Counted from the stretch's first letter, positions 48,671-58,933 are shown. The stretch is 64,000 nt of DNA from an uncultured bacterium (GCA_964418975.1 CAYQNV010000081.1:26194-90193); one strand, 5' to 3'. Numbers and translations: made by a program. Notes: generated by a model from the letters alone, not told the origin.

Positions 48671-50104
48671 ATGTCGAGCCCCACGCGGTCGTCACCCTCG
48701 CGCACGCTCTCGCTGGTTGCGCTGCTCACGCTCATGCCCCTGGCGCCGGGCGGATCGCGGCCCAGCCAGGCTGCATCGCCTCCGGCGCCCGAGCGGCTGG
48801 TCGTTGTGGCCACCACAGACCTGATGGGCGAGACGAGCCCGTGCGGCTGCCACACGCCCAAGGGCGGGTTCGCCCGGCTGGGCACGTTCCTCGACAGCAC
48901 GCGCGCGGCGGAGCCGGCCACTTTGTATGTTGACGCTGGGGGTGCGTTCCCGGTGCATGCCGGCCGGACCGACCTGGCCGAGTTCATGTTCCGGACGATG
49001 CAGCAGCTCGCACCCGGGGCGGTGGGGGTGGCGCCGCGCGACCTTCAGTTGGGGGTGGCGTTCCTGCGCGACCTCTCGCGCCGCTCGGGACTGCCGCTGA
49101 CGTGCGCGAACCTCGTGGACCGGCGCACCCGCGCGTCGCTCTTCCCCGCCACGCGGCTCGTCAAGGCGGGTGGAGTCACCGTGGGCGTGTTCGCGCTGCT
49201 GGGCGAACGCTTCGACCTGGGGCCGGCGCGCGACTCGGTGGCGGTGCTGGACCCGGAGAACGCGGCCCACGAGGCCGTCGCGTCGCTGCGGGCGCGCGGC
49301 GCACATGTGGTCGTGCTGCTCTCGCAACTCGGGCGCGTCGGCGGCGAGGACCTCGCCACGGCCGTGCCCGGGATCGACGCCGTGATCCTCGGCCGCGATA
49401 TCCCGCTGCTCGAACACGGCCGGCGCATCGGGAACACGCTCTTGAGCTATGCCGGCGACAAGGGCCAGCACCTGGGAGTGGTGACGCTCGCGCTCGATGC
49501 TACGAGGCGCACGGTGAATGGCACGTGCGACCTCCACGCGCTCGGGCCAGACGTGCGCCAGCAGCCGGCGCTGCTCGCCTTGGTCAAGGGGTTCGAGGAC
49601 GCCTACAACGAGCGCATGCGCAAGGAGCAACGGGCCGAACGGGCGGCGCAGGACGGCGACTCGGATCCGGTGGATCACTTCGTGGGCGACGGGGTGTGTG
49701 GCCGATGCCACACCGCCGAGGCCGAGCAATGGCTCACGACCGCGCACTCGCTGGCGTGGGAGACGCTGGTGCGCGAGAAGAAGGACGCCACGCCGGAGTG
49801 TGTTCCGTGCCACGTCGTGGGCTACCGGCAACCGGGCGGGTTCCAGTCCGCGATCGCGACTCCGCATCTGGTGAACGTCCAGTGCGAGAACTGCCACGGC
49901 ATGGGCACGCTGCACGTGGAGGGCTGGCTGGCGCAAAGCGGTCTGGGCGAGGCCACCTGCCGTACCTGCCACAATGCTGAGCGCGACCCCGAGTTCGACT
50001 ACGCGACACGCCTGCCGCTCGTGACGCACGGCAACTCCAGCGGCGAATCCATCCGCAAGGTTAGGGCCCGCCGCGAACGCGGCTACTCGAACGGAAGCCA
50101 CTGA
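48671..50104 (+). CDS. Secreted fusion: degenerate 5'-nucleotidase/metallophosphoesterase-like domain + tetraheme c-type cytochrome
   Basis: Signal peptide. The N-terminal ~330 aa resemble UshA/5'-NT (VVATTDLMGE, YVDAGGAF, GNTLLSYAGDKGQHLGVVTL) but the metal-ligand His/Asp are replaced. Four CxxCH motifs: CGRCH, CVPCH, CENCH, CRTCH. Confidence 0.75.
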   Translation: MSSPTRSSPSRTLSLVALLTLMPLAPGGSRPSQAASPPAPERLVVVATTDLMGETSPCGCHTPKGGFARLGTFLDSTRAAEPATLYVDAGGAFPVHAGRTDLAEFMFRTMQQLAPGAVGVAPRDLQLGVAFLRDLSRRSGLPLTCANLVDRRTRASLFPATRLVKAGGVTVGVFALLGERFDLGPARDSVAVLDPENAAHEAVASLRARGAHVVVLLSQLGRVGGEDLATAVPGIDAVILGRDIPLLEHGRRIGNTLLSYAGDKGQHLGVVTLALDATRRTVNGTCDLHALGPDVRQQPALLALVKGFEDAYNERMRKEQRAERAAQDGDSDPVDHFVGDGVCGRCHTAEAEQWLTTAHSLAWETLVREKKDATPECVPCHVVGYRQPGGFQSAIATPHLVNVQCENCHGMGTLHVEGWLAQSGLGEATCRTCHNAERDPEFDYATRLPLVTHGNSSGESIRKVRARRERGYSNGSH

Positions 50105-50126
50105 GCTTCACACACCCGCGCAACTC

Positions 50127-53100
50127 CTACCTCGCCCTCGCCAGCGCACGCGACGCCTCGAGTAACGACGCGTCGCCGGGAGCATGGCGAAGGCCGCGCT
50201 CCACCACCGCCCGCGCCCCCGTCAGGTCGCGCGCACGCACCAGCATGCGCGCCTCGTAGTCATATCCGCGCGGGTCCGAGGGCGCCACCGCCTGAGCCTC
50301 GCGAAAGTGGGCGAATGCCTCGGCGCTCTGGTTCACCGCCTGCGCGGCCATGCCGGCGTGGAGTAACGCTTCCACACGCTGCGCGCCGGCCACGCCGGAG
50401 CGCAGCGCGACTCGCGCAGCTTCGCCCGAACCGGCCACGTCACCGAGCTGTCGCCGGAGCAGGGCCAGGCGCACCCACACGTCCATAGGCGCCTCCGGGT
50501 CCCGCGCCACCTCCTCGAGCGCCGCCCGCGCACCCGCCGCGTCGCCGGCACGCTCCTGCGCGTGCGCCCGTTCGAGCAGGGCGTCCCGGCGCGCGGCCCG
50601 CACGCGCGCGCTCCACTCCTGGGCAAGACTCGTCGCCAGCGGCAGATCGCCGCCGTCACGCAGCTCCGCGAAAACGCGCTTGGCCTGGGCGTCGTCCGCA
50701 TTCTCCAACCGGCTCTTCGCGCGCCAGCGCCATACGGACTCGCGCGGCCAAGCCGCAAGTGGGCCACCCGCGGGTGGAAGCACGGCCCGCGGAAAGTCGC
50801 TCGCCACGGCGACCTGTGTGCCCGTGCGCCCGCGGCCCACCTCGATCAGGTCCCGAGGAGCCCGGTACTCCACGAACGGACGGTCATCGGTGTTGAGTGG
50901 AGCGGGCTTCACCAGGCGGCGAAGGGCCGCGCCGGAGTTCACGTAGAACGCGGCGATCTCTTCGGCCGAATCGAGCCGCGCGCGGCGGAGCTGCTCGGCC
51001 ACCGCCGCGCTCTGCAGTCGAGCGAGCGGCAGTTCGCGACCTGGGGGCGCCGCCACCAGCAGCACGTCGGAGGAGCGCCACAGGCAGAACAGGTGCGCCT
51101 CCGGGAACACGCTCAGGAACGCGCCCAACAGGCTGTGGAATGTGCCAGGCGAGAGCTCATAAACCTGGATCCATTGCCCGAACACACCGTCGGGCGCGAG
51201 CCGTGCGCGGACGCGGCGATAGAAGTCCACGGTGAACAGGTTGTTCACGCCGGCGATCCAGGGATTGGTGGGCTCCGAGATGATGAGGTCGTAGCGCCCC
51301 TGTCCGTGCATGAGGCGCGTGCGGGCATCCTCCAGGTACAGCGTCACGCGCGGGTCGCGGAGCGGGTCGTTCGACCCGTCGTGGAAGAGCCGCGAGCCTC
51401 GGACCACGGCCTGCTCCAGTTCCACGACGTCGGTGGGCCCCACGCCGGCGGCGAGTGCCGCCGCCGCCGTGAAGCCCGAACCGTGCCCCACGATGAGCGT
51501 GCGCGCACCCGTGTCCGCCATGACGGCCGGCACCAGGCCCAGCAGGACCTGCGTGAGCATGTCGCCGGTGCCTGCGTCGATCTTGCCGCCGACGCGCATC
51601 CATCGCCGTCGGCCCTCGAGGTCGGTGGCCACCAGCACCGAGGCGTTGATGCCCTCTTCGTAGAAAAGCACGCGTTGCGCCGCGGCCACCTGGCGCGTGG
51701 CGTCGCCCAGCCCGCCGGCGTCGCGGAACGACTGCAGAAGATTCTGGGCATGGAACGGACGATAGGTGCCGAGCGACATGAGCACGGGATCCCAGCGTGG
51801 CGCGGTCACCGCCGCCGCCACGCCGAGGAGCACGAGCGCGCCGGCGCCCGCAAGCACGCGCGCGCGGGCTCGCGGCGCGCCCGGCAGCACGAGGCACACG
51901 AGCCCCACGCTCGCCGAGAGCCCAGCGGCAAGCAGCACTCCGCCCTGCACGCCGAGCCGCGGCAACAGGTAGAAGCCGGTCAAGAGCGAGCCGACGATGG
52001 TGCCGACCGTGTTGAGCGCGTAAGCGTGTCCAGTGGCGGGACCCCCCGCTTCGTGCTGGAGCAGGCGCGTGGCGAGCGGGAAAACCGCGCCCAGGATCAT
52101 GCAAGGCACGAGCAACACAGGCACGACAAGGCCCAGCTGCGCGGCGAGCAGCCCACTCCACGAATCTCCCATGCGCTCACCCAACTCGAGCATGGCGCGC
52201 GGCAGCCCGGACCAGGCATGGATGCCAGCGACTGCGCTGGCCGCGATGGCGAGTTGCGCCAGCGCCAGGCCACCCGCCGTACGCGCGCGTCGAAGGAGTG
52301 GCGCAGCGAGCGCGCTCCCGAGCGCGATGCCGCACAGGTACACGCCCAGCACGGCCGAGAACGAGTAGACCGACGAACCCAGCACCAGGCTGTAGAGCCT
52401 TACCCACGAGAGCTGCAGGGCGAGCGCGGCGAATCCCGACACCGCGAATGCCACGCCCAGGACGCGACGGGCGGAAAGCGGGAGCAGCGGTTCGATCGGA
52501 GCCGCCAGCGACGCCACCGCTGCGGCGGGTGCGGCCGCCGGGCTCGCACGGGCCGCGGCGAGCCACGCCACCCCGCCGGCCATAAGGTTCAGCGCGGCAG
52601 CAGCGAGCGTGGTCGCCGTGAGACCCCAGCGGGGCATGAGCAGGAAGCCGCCGAGCAACGAGCCGACCACCGCGCCAAGCGTGTTGAGCGCGTAGAGCCA
52701 CGCGAGACCGGCGCCCAACACCCCGCGCTCGCAGCGCGCCACCAGCAGGGGCAACGTGGCGCCCATGAGCATCGCGGGCGGAACCAAAAGCACGAACAAC
52801 AGCACGACGCGGGTCACCGAGAAGGCCGCACCCTCGCCCCCGGAAGCGCGATACAGGTGCCCCACCGGTCCATCGAGCAGCCGCAGCGCCGGCAAGATCG
52901 CGAGTCCCACGCCCGCCACGGCGAACTCGAGAACGGCGTAGCGGCGCGCGGGGTCGCCGGTGCGCGCGAGCGGGCCACCCAACAGTCGGGCGCCAAGCGC
53001 CAGGCCGCCGAGGAACGCCGCCACCACGACCGCCACCGAGTGGAGCGAGCTTCCGAGCAGATAGGAGATCTGCTTGCTCCAGACCAACTCGTAAAGGAGA

Positions 53101-53195
53101 CCCGCCGCGCCCGAGGCCACGAAGCACAGCGCGGCCCAAGTCGGCACCACCGCGGGGCCGGAGGCGCCGCGTGCGTGAAGGGGTCGCGTGCTCAT
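50127..53195 (-). CDS. Fused multi-TM (MFS-like) / spermidine-synthase-like / TPR protein (1022 aa)
   Basis: N-terminal ~500 aa with ~14 TM helices (LYELVWSKQISYLLGSSLHSV motif as in fused spermidine-synthase-family proteins). Central class-I MTase / spermidine-synthase fold (VLVVGHGSGFTAAAAL...DLIISEPTNPW). C-terminal TPR repeats. Confidence 0.8.
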   Translation of the reverse strand: MSTRPLHARGASGPAVVPTWAALCFVASGAAGLLYELVWSKQISYLLGSSLHSVAVVVAAFLGGLALGARLLGGPLARTGDPARRYAVLEFAVAGVGLAILPALRLLDGPVGHLYRASGGEGAAFSVTRVVLLFVLLVPPAMLMGATLPLLVARCERGVLGAGLAWLYALNTLGAVVGSLLGGFLLMPRWGLTATTLAAAALNLMAGGVAWLAAARASPAAAPAAAVASLAAPIEPLLPLSARRVLGVAFAVSGFAALALQLSWVRLYSLVLGSSVYSFSAVLGVYLCGIALGSALAAPLLRRARTAGGLALAQLAIAASAVAGIHAWSGLPRAMLELGERMGDSWSGLLAAQLGLVVPVLLVPCMILGAVFPLATRLLQHEAGGPATGHAYALNTVGTIVGSLLTGFYLLPRLGVQGGVLLAAGLSASVGLVCLVLPGAPRARARVLAGAGALVLLGVAAAVTAPRWDPVLMSLGTYRPFHAQNLLQSFRDAGGLGDATRQVAAAQRVLFYEEGINASVLVATDLEGRRRWMRVGGKIDAGTGDMLTQVLLGLVPAVMADTGARTLIVGHGSGFTAAAALAAGVGPTDVVELEQAVVRGSRLFHDGSNDPLRDPRVTLYLEDARTRLMHGQGRYDLIISEPTNPWIAGVNNLFTVDFYRRVRARLAPDGVFGQWIQVYELSPGTFHSLLGAFLSVFPEAHLFCLWRSSDVLLVAAPPGRELPLARLQSAAVAEQLRRARLDSAEEIAAFYVNSGAALRRLVKPAPLNTDDRPFVEYRAPRDLIEVGRGRTGTQVAVASDFPRAVLPPAGGPLAAWPRESVWRWRAKSRLENADDAQAKRVFAELRDGGDLPLATSLAQEWSARVRAARRDALLERAHAQERAGDAAGARAALEEVARDPEAPMDVWVRLALLRRQLGDVAGSGEAARVALRSGVAGAQRVEALLHAGMAAQAVNQSAEAFAHFREAQAVAPSDPRGYDYEARMLVRARDLTGARAVVERGLRHAPGDASLLEASRALARAR

Positions 53196-53202
53196 GCGCC
53201 GA

Positions 53203-54039
53203 TCAATCGACCACCACGCGCACGCGTAGTCCCCAGGCGTCGGTGGCGAGGAGGTCGCTCGAGTCCTCGTCGGGCTCCACCCCCGCCGCACGTGCGTGCT
53301 CCACTAGTTCCGCGAGCGACGCAGCATCGGGCAGCACCAGTCGCCACTCGTCCAGTCCGGCATCGCCAGGCCCCGCGACCGGCTGGCCGGCGGCCCACAC
53401 GTTCAGTCCGACGTGGTGATGGTAGCCACCCGCCGCCACGAACAGCGCCCCGGGGAAGATCCGCGTGCTCACGTCGAAGCCGAGCGCCGCGACATAGAAG
53501 CGTTCGGCACGTGCAAGATCGCCAACATAGAAATGCAAATGCCCCATGCGGGTCGCCGCGGGAACGCCGGCCCAGGGTATCGCCCCCGCGGCGGCGACCA
53601 GCGGGCCGCGGTCGAGAGGGTCGACGGCGCCGACCAGATCGGGGCCACGGCGGATCCATTGCTCCCGCGGCCGGTCGGCATACACCTCCACCGTGATCCC
53701 GTCCGGATCAATCAGGTAGAGCGCTTGGCTGAACAGGTGGTCGGCGGCCGCCCACGGCTCGCCCAGCGCTTCCAGGTGGAGCAGGAAGCGGCCAAGGTCG
53801 CCCGCGGAGGGCAGCAGGAGCGCATAGTGATAGAGACCCGGACGTCCCGAGCGGGGCATGGGCCGAGCCCCCGGAACCTCGCGCAGCGCCACCATCGGAG
53901 TGCCCGACGGCGTGCCCCACCGGTTCTCCCCCAGGGACCGCAGGCCGAGCACCCGTTCAAGCCAGTTCCCGGACCGAAACGTGCTCGCAACTCGTAGCGA
54001 GACATAGTCTAAACGGGACTTAACAGGCAATTGGAACAC
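53203..54039 (-). CDS. VOC-family protein (glyoxalase / extradiol-dioxygenase fold, two modules); GTG start
   Basis: LDYVSLRV...LYLIDPDGITVEVY and GHLHFYVGDLARAERFYVAALGF...HHHVGLN tandem VOC modules. 8 nt upstream of the fused spermidine-synthase gene. Confidence 0.7.
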   Translation of the reverse strand: MFQLPVKSRLDYVSLRVASTFRSGNWLERVLGLRSLGENRWGTPSGTPMVALREVPGARPMPRSGRPGLYHYALLLPSAGDLGRFLLHLEALGEPWAAADHLFSQALYLIDPDGITVEVYADRPREQWIRRGPDLVGAVDPLDRGPLVAAAGAIPWAGVPAATRMGHLHFYVGDLARAERFYVAALGFDVSTRIFPGALFVAAGGYHHHVGLNVWAAGQPVAGPGDAGLDEWRLVLPDAASLAELVEHARAAGVEPDEDSSDLLATDAWGLRVRVVVD

Positions 54040-54183
54040 GGGGCACCGGCCTCGGGGGTATGTTGGGACAGCTCTCCGTCCCGCGCATCATACCCGCTCG
54101 CAAGCCGTCGCGAACGGGTCGTGCGAGCCCGGGGCTACCTCGGACCCCTCAGCCCCTCGAGAACCCTTTCACGGAGACTCGCC

Positions 54184-55053
54184 ATGCGACGGAATAACAT
54201 CTTGTTCGGAATCGCCGTTCTCGCGCTCGCTGGATTGAGCACGGGCCTGTTCGTGAAGTACCGCGGCAGCCAGACCGCGCTGGGCGATGCGCGTGCGCGC
54301 GAGGATGCCACGCATCGCAGGTACGAGGCCGCGATCGACGACATCTCGGCGATCCAGGACAGCCTCAACGCCATCACGTTCGGCGATGCCAAGTCCGGGC
54401 TGCATTCCTCCGGCCTGTCCTCCGAGCGACGCCTGTCGCCGACGCGTACCGATGAAGCCCTGGCGCGCGTGGCCGAACTGCGCTCTGGCATCGAGCGCAC
54501 TCGGGAGCGGATCGTGGAGCTGGAGGCGCGGCTCCAGAAGAGCGGCACGCGCGTTACCGGCCTCGAGCGCATGGTGGGCCGCCTCAAGGAGGGACTCGCC
54601 GCCAAGGAGTCCATGGTCGCGCAGCTCACGACCCGCGTGGATTCGCTCAGCACGCACGTCACCGTGCTCACCGCGACGGTCGCGGAAAAGGAAGTCACGT
54701 TGGCGGAGAAGGAAGCCACGCTGGAGGAACGCCGGCGAGAACTGGGGACGGTGTACTACCTCGTCGGGTCGCGGCAGGAGCTGCTGAAGAGCGGCGCCGT
54801 GGTTGCTCGCGGCGGCATCCTGGGCCTTGGCAAATCGCTGGACGCCTCGGGACAGGTGGACGAGACCCAATTCCACCCGATGGATACCGATGCGGAAACG
54901 GTCATCCTGATCGCCTCGAAGCGCGCGCGGGTGCTCACGCCGCAGCCGATCAACAGCTACCGACTCGAGCCGACGGACAGCGGCATGGTCCTGCGGATCC
55001 TCGACTCGCACCAGTTCCGCAAGGTGCGCCACCTCGTGGTCGTGACGGCCTAG
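54184..55053 (+). CDS. Membrane-anchored coiled-coil protein with conserved C-terminal domain (hypothetical)
   Basis: N-terminal TM ILFGIAVLALAGLSTGLFV. ~130-aa coiled coil. Globular C-terminus VYYLVGSRQELLKSGAVVARGGILGLGKS...SYRLEPTDSGMVLRILDSHQFRKVRHLVVV. Confidence 0.55.
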   Translation: MRRNNILFGIAVLALAGLSTGLFVKYRGSQTALGDARAREDATHRRYEAAIDDISAIQDSLNAITFGDAKSGLHSSGLSSERRLSPTRTDEALARVAELRSGIERTRERIVELEARLQKSGTRVTGLERMVGRLKEGLAAKESMVAQLTTRVDSLSTHVTVLTATVAEKEVTLAEKEATLEERRRELGTVYYLVGSRQELLKSGAVVARGGILGLGKSLDASGQVDETQFHPMDTDAETVILIASKRARVLTPQPINSYRLEPTDSGMVLRILDSHQFRKVRHLVVVTA

Positions 55054-55174
55054 TCCGGGCACGAATGTCGGTCGGGGTCTCCGGCGCAGGGACCGTGCCG
55101 GGGGCTCCGGCCATTCGCGCTCGCGCTCGCGGCCATGATGGCCACGAAGCGCGCGCAGCTGCACGAGCGAGCGG

Positions 55175-55723
55175 CTACTCCTCCACCGGCAGGCGCAGCA
55201 GTGCGTGCACCGGCAGCGGCTGCAGCCGGTCCCGGCCGCCCAGCCCCTGCAGCTCGATCACGAACAGCGCCGCCGCGACCTCGGCCTCGAGCTGACGAAC
55301 AAGTTGCACCGTCGCCTGCGCCGTGCCGCCCGTGGCAAGCAGGTCGTCCACGATGACAGCGCGCTGCCCGCGGAGCAGGGCGTCGGCATGCAGTTCGAGC
55401 GTGTCCTCACCGTATTCGAGCGAGTAGACCTGGCGCACGGTGGCACCGGGCAGCTTGCCGAACTTGCGCGCGGGCACGAACGGCACTTGCCAGTGGAGCG
55501 CCAGTGGCGCGCCGAACAGGAATCCGCGCGACTCGATACCCACCACCGCGTCGGGGCGCTCGACGCTCTCCGCCAACGCGACGATCGTGGCGCGGAACGC
55601 CTCGGGTGAGCGCAGCAGCGGCGTGATGTCCTTGAAGCGGATGCCCTTCCGCGGGAAGTCCGGCACCTCGCGGATGTGCTGTTCCAGTCCGATCATCGGG
55701 CCTCTCTCCGGTGCGGGGCTCAA
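55175..55723 (-). CDS. apt: Adenine phosphoribosyltransferase (alternative start 55696, MIGLEQ...)
   Basis: [22 protein letters not shown]-binding [16 protein letters not shown]. Confidence 0.9.
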   Translation of the reverse strand: MSPAPERGPMIGLEQHIREVPDFPRKGIRFKDITPLLRSPEAFRATIVALAESVERPDAVVGIESRGFLFGAPLALHWQVPFVPARKFGKLPGATVRQVYSLEYGEDTLELHADALLRGQRAVIVDDLLATGGTAQATVQLVRQLEAEVAAALFVIELQGLGGRDRLQPLPVHALLRLPVEE

Positions 55724-56796
55724 TGAACGACCTCGCCACTCTCGCGATCGAGATCGGCAAGGTCGATGGCTCGGCGCAGCTTCGCGAGCGCGCGCGATTC
55801 GATCTGGCGCACGCGTTCACGCGAGATTCCGAAGTGCTCGCCGGTCTCCTGCAGCGACCGCGCGATGCCGTCGTGGAAGCCGTAGCGGATGCGCAACACC
55901 TGTTCCTCGCGCTGGGCGAGCGATCGCAACAGCCGATCGATCTTCTCGTGCTCGAGCTGCAGCTCGACCAACCGCTCGACCGACATGGGCGGACCACCCA
56001 GGTCTTCCGCGGACAGCTCCTGAAAGGCGTCCACGCCCGCGTGCTCGTCCAGTGACTTCATGCCGAGCAGCAGCGCGCGCAGCCGCTCCGCGCGCGGGGT
56101 CGAGATGTCGAGCTCGGCGGCGATCTCGACCACGAGTGGCTCTCGGCCGAGCCGGCCGCGCAGCGTGCGCTCGGCACGCACGTAGCGATTGAGCTGCTGG
56201 AACATCTGCACCGGGATGCGCACGGCGCGCGACTGCTCGGCGAGCCCACGCAAGATGGCCTGGCGGATCCACAGCGAGGCGTAGGTGCTGAAGCGCAGTC
56301 CGCGCTCGGGCTCGAAGCGGTCCACCGCGTGGATGAGGCCGAGGTTCCCCTCCTCGATCAAGTCGAGGAACGGAAGACCGCGGTTACGGTAGGCCCTCGC
56401 CACGTGCACCACGAGCCGCAGGTTGGCGAGTATCATGCGGCGGCGCGCGTCCTCGTTGCCGGCACGCGCCCGGGTGGCGGTCTCCAGCAGCTCGGTGTGC
56501 GTGAACAGCTTCACGCGGCCGATCTCGTCGAGGTAGAGGTCGAGGATGTCGCGCTCGGGCTCGCCCGTTAGCTGGCGCGCGTCGAGGCGGGCGTCGGGCG
56601 CTTCCACGTCGTCCTCCGGCAGGCGCACACCCGCGGACACGAGTCGCGCCCGGAACGCCTCGAACGCCTCGTCCTCGAAGTCCGGGTCCGTGAGCAGCGC
56701 GTCGTAGTCGCGCCGCGTCATCTCCCCTCGCGAAAGCGCGTTCTGTTGCGCCTCCGCAAGGCGGTCGGCGAACCTGACGATGTCCGGCGAGTTCAT
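55720..56796 (-). CDS. rpoD: RNA polymerase sigma-70 family factor (RpoD-like, regions 1.2-4; likely primary sigma)
   Basis: [37 protein letters not shown] (region 2). [14 protein letters not shown] (region 3). region 4 [28 protein letters not shown]. Confidence 0.9.
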   Translation of the reverse strand: MNSPDIVRFADRLAEAQQNALSRGEMTRRDYDALLTDPDFEDEAFEAFRARLVSAGVRLPEDDVEAPDARLDARQLTGEPERDILDLYLDEIGRVKLFTHTELLETATRARAGNEDARRRMILANLRLVVHVARAYRNRGLPFLDLIEEGNLGLIHAVDRFEPERGLRFSTYASLWIRQAILRGLAEQSRAVRIPVQMFQQLNRYVRAERTLRGRLGREPLVVEIAAELDISTPRAERLRALLLGMKSLDEHAGVDAFQELSAEDLGGPPMSVERLVELQLEHEKIDRLLRSLAQREEQVLRIRYGFHDGIARSLQETGEHFGISRERVRQIESRALAKLRRAIDLADLDRESGEVVH

Positions 56797-56801
56797 GTTC
56801 C

Positions 56802-57074
56802 CTACCCCATGACGCGGAAGCCCCGGGGGGCCCCGTGAAGCTCGAACCACTGCTCGGCGGCGTGCTCGACGCGGGCCGCGCCCGGGCCCTCGCGCACCGC
56901 CACCACGAAGGCGCGCAGCGAGGGCTCCTCGCCGCACGCCTCCACTTCGACGCTGCCGTCGGGAAGGTTCCGCACCCAGCCGCCCAGCGCGAACCCGGCG
57001 GCAAGGCGCGCGACGTAAGCGCGAAACCCAACCCCCTGGACTCTGCCGCTCAACTGCATGCGCACCGCCCGCAT
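56802..57074 (-). CDS. acyP: Acylphosphatase
   Basis: [10 protein letters not shown]...[13 protein letters not shown] acylphosphatase signatures. ~90 aa. The N-terminal ORF-track extension runs across the tRNA and is not coding. Confidence 0.8.
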   Translation of the reverse strand: MRAVRMQLSGRVQGVGFRAYVARLAAGFALGGWVRNLPDGSVEVEACGEEPSLRAFVVAVREGPGAARVEHAAEQWFELHGAPRGFRVMG

Positions 57075-57171
57075 GGCGCGAGCATGGCCCCGCGGCAACC
57101 GGCTGGCAAGCGCAGCGACACGAGACGCGAACGGCCGGCGGGCGATCGCGCCCTCCGGCCGTTCGAAGAGA

Positions 57172-57248
<77 letters not shown>

Positions 57249-57358
57249 ACGCAATTGTCTTCCGGTGCCCGCAGGGGGACTGCGGAACGCGGCACCCTAG
57301 CATAGCGGGAATGCCCTCGCCAAGACCCGCCGACGCGGTCGCTGCGCTCACGAGGCGC

Positions 57359-58105
57359 TCACGGCACGAGTCCCCACGAGTGCATGTCCGCGCGCATGGA
57401 GTGGTCGGTGAGTTCCAGTTGTAGTGGCGTCACGGAGACGTGGCCGGCGTTGACGGAGTGAAAATCCGTGCCCTCGTCCGGCCGCCATACCGGATCCTCG
57501 CCGCCGATCCAGAAGTAGTCCTTCCCGCGCGGGTCCACTTTGCGGACCAGCGTGTCCTCGTACACGCGCGTGCCAAGCCGCGTGATGCGCACGCCGCGCA
57601 GCTGCGCCGCAGGCAGGAACGGCATATTGATGTTGAGCAGCAATCGGCGAGTGAGCCCGCGCTCGAGCACCTGGCGAACGAGATGGCCCACGACATCGGC
57701 GGCCTCGCTGAAGTCGGTGGGCTGCCGCGTGACGAGCGAGGCGGCAATGCCGGGCACGCCCTGCAGTACGCCCTCGATCGCCGCGGCCACGGTGCCCGAA
57801 TAGAACACGTCCTCACCCATGTTCGGGCCATGGTTGATGCCCGAGACCACGAGGTCCGGCGGATCCCCCAGCTGGCCATGGAAAGCCACCAGCACGCAGT
57901 CGGTTGGCGTGCCGTCCACGCTGTAGGTGTCCTCCGCCGCCTCGTGGATGCGCAGCGGGCGGTGAAGCGTGAGCGAGTGCGACGTGGCGCTCTGGTTTCG
58001 GTCCGGCGCGATGGTGATGACCCTCCCGAACGGCGAGAGCACGCGCCGCAACTGCCCCAGTGCGAGGGAGGAGATACCGTCGTCGTTCGTGAGCAGGATG
58101 CGCAT
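57359..58105 (-). CDS. surE: 5'/3'-nucleotidase SurE
   Basis: MRILLTNDDGISS...DCVLVAFHG...VSGINHGPNMGEDVFYSGTVAAAIEG. Confidence 0.9.
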   Translation of the reverse strand: MRILLTNDDGISSLALGQLRRVLSPFGRVITIAPDRNQSATSHSLTLHRPLRIHEAAEDTYSVDGTPTDCVLVAFHGQLGDPPDLVVSGINHGPNMGEDVFYSGTVAAAIEGVLQGVPGIAASLVTRQPTDFSEAADVVGHLVRQVLERGLTRRLLLNINMPFLPAAQLRGVRITRLGTRVYEDTLVRKVDPRGKDYFWIGGEDPVWRPDEGTDFHSVNAGHVSVTPLQLELTDHSMRADMHSWGLVP

Positions 58106-58794
58106 CAGGGAGTCCTCGGTTGCGGCCGGGCTTCGAACGTGAGGCGCACCATCATAGCGACGATGCGCGGCACGTCCCGCGTGGGGCTCAAGTGGCTCGT
58201 CTCGTCGCCATAGACGGTGGGGATGTCCACGTGTGCCACGCGGAAGCCCAGCCGCGAGGCGCGCACTGCCATCTCGGTCTCGACCTCGTACCGGCTGGCG
58301 CGCACCGGTGTCCGCTGCAACACCTCACGGCGATAGAGTCGATAGCCGCACTGGCTGTCGGCGATGGCCTGGCCGGCAATGGCCGAGCACCAGGCCGACG
58401 AAAAGCGGTTCGCGAAACGGCGGGCGGGCGGCATGTCCGATGTGATCTCCCGCTTGCCGAGCACGAGGTCGGCGCCGGATTCGGCGGCGGCCACGAACGC
58501 CGGCAGACACGCGGGCGGGTGCTGCCCGTCGGCATCCAGCGTGACGACCGCGTCGAACTCGCGCAGCAGTTCGAAACCGGCGAGCAGTGCGTGCCCCTTG
58601 CCGCGGTTCGCCGCAAACGAATGCACCCGGACGCCGAACTGGCGCGCGACTTCGGCAGTCGCGTCGCGCGAACCATCATCCACCACGAGGACGTGCGGCG
58701 GATCCGGCAGTGCGGCCAGCCCGAGCAATACCTCGCCGAGGTGCGCGGCCGCCTGATAGGCCGGTACCAGCGCAGCGACGTTCAACGCGGTCAT
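58105..58794 (-). CDS. Family-2 glycosyltransferase (polyprenyl-phosphate glycosyltransferase, DPM1-like)
   Basis: VAALVPAYQAAAHLGEVL...VLVVDDGSRD...VVTLDADGQHPP. 1-nt overlap with surE. The ORF-track N-terminus (GSNPVAPT) is read through the tRNA. Confidence 0.8.
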   Translation of the reverse strand: MTALNVAALVPAYQAAAHLGEVLLGLAALPDPPHVLVVDDGSRDATAEVARQFGVRVHSFAANRGKGHALLAGFELLREFDAVVTLDADGQHPPACLPAFVAAAESGADLVLGKREITSDMPPARRFANRFSSAWCSAIAGQAIADSQCGYRLYRREVLQRTPVRASRYEVETEMAVRASRLGFRVAHVDIPTVYGDETSHLSPTRDVPRIVAMMVRLTFEARPQPRTP

Positions 58795-58857
58795 CGCGGG
58801 CGCTCCCAGCGAGAGTCCGGAGTCCCTTCGGGATCCTGGGTGTGAAGCGGAGGAACT

Positions 58858-58933
<76 letters not shown>

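Noticed and set aside
48692-50101. 469-aa minus-strand ORF antisense to the cytochrome gene
   Set aside because: The plus-strand frame carries a signal peptide and four CxxCH motifs. The minus frame is Arg/Ala-rich without motifs.
50562-53696. 1044-aa plus-strand ORF
   Set aside because: Antisense to the fused spermidine-synthase-like gene and the VOC gene. Extreme Arg/Ala/Gly/His content (RRRR, HRHR runs). GC-skew artefact.
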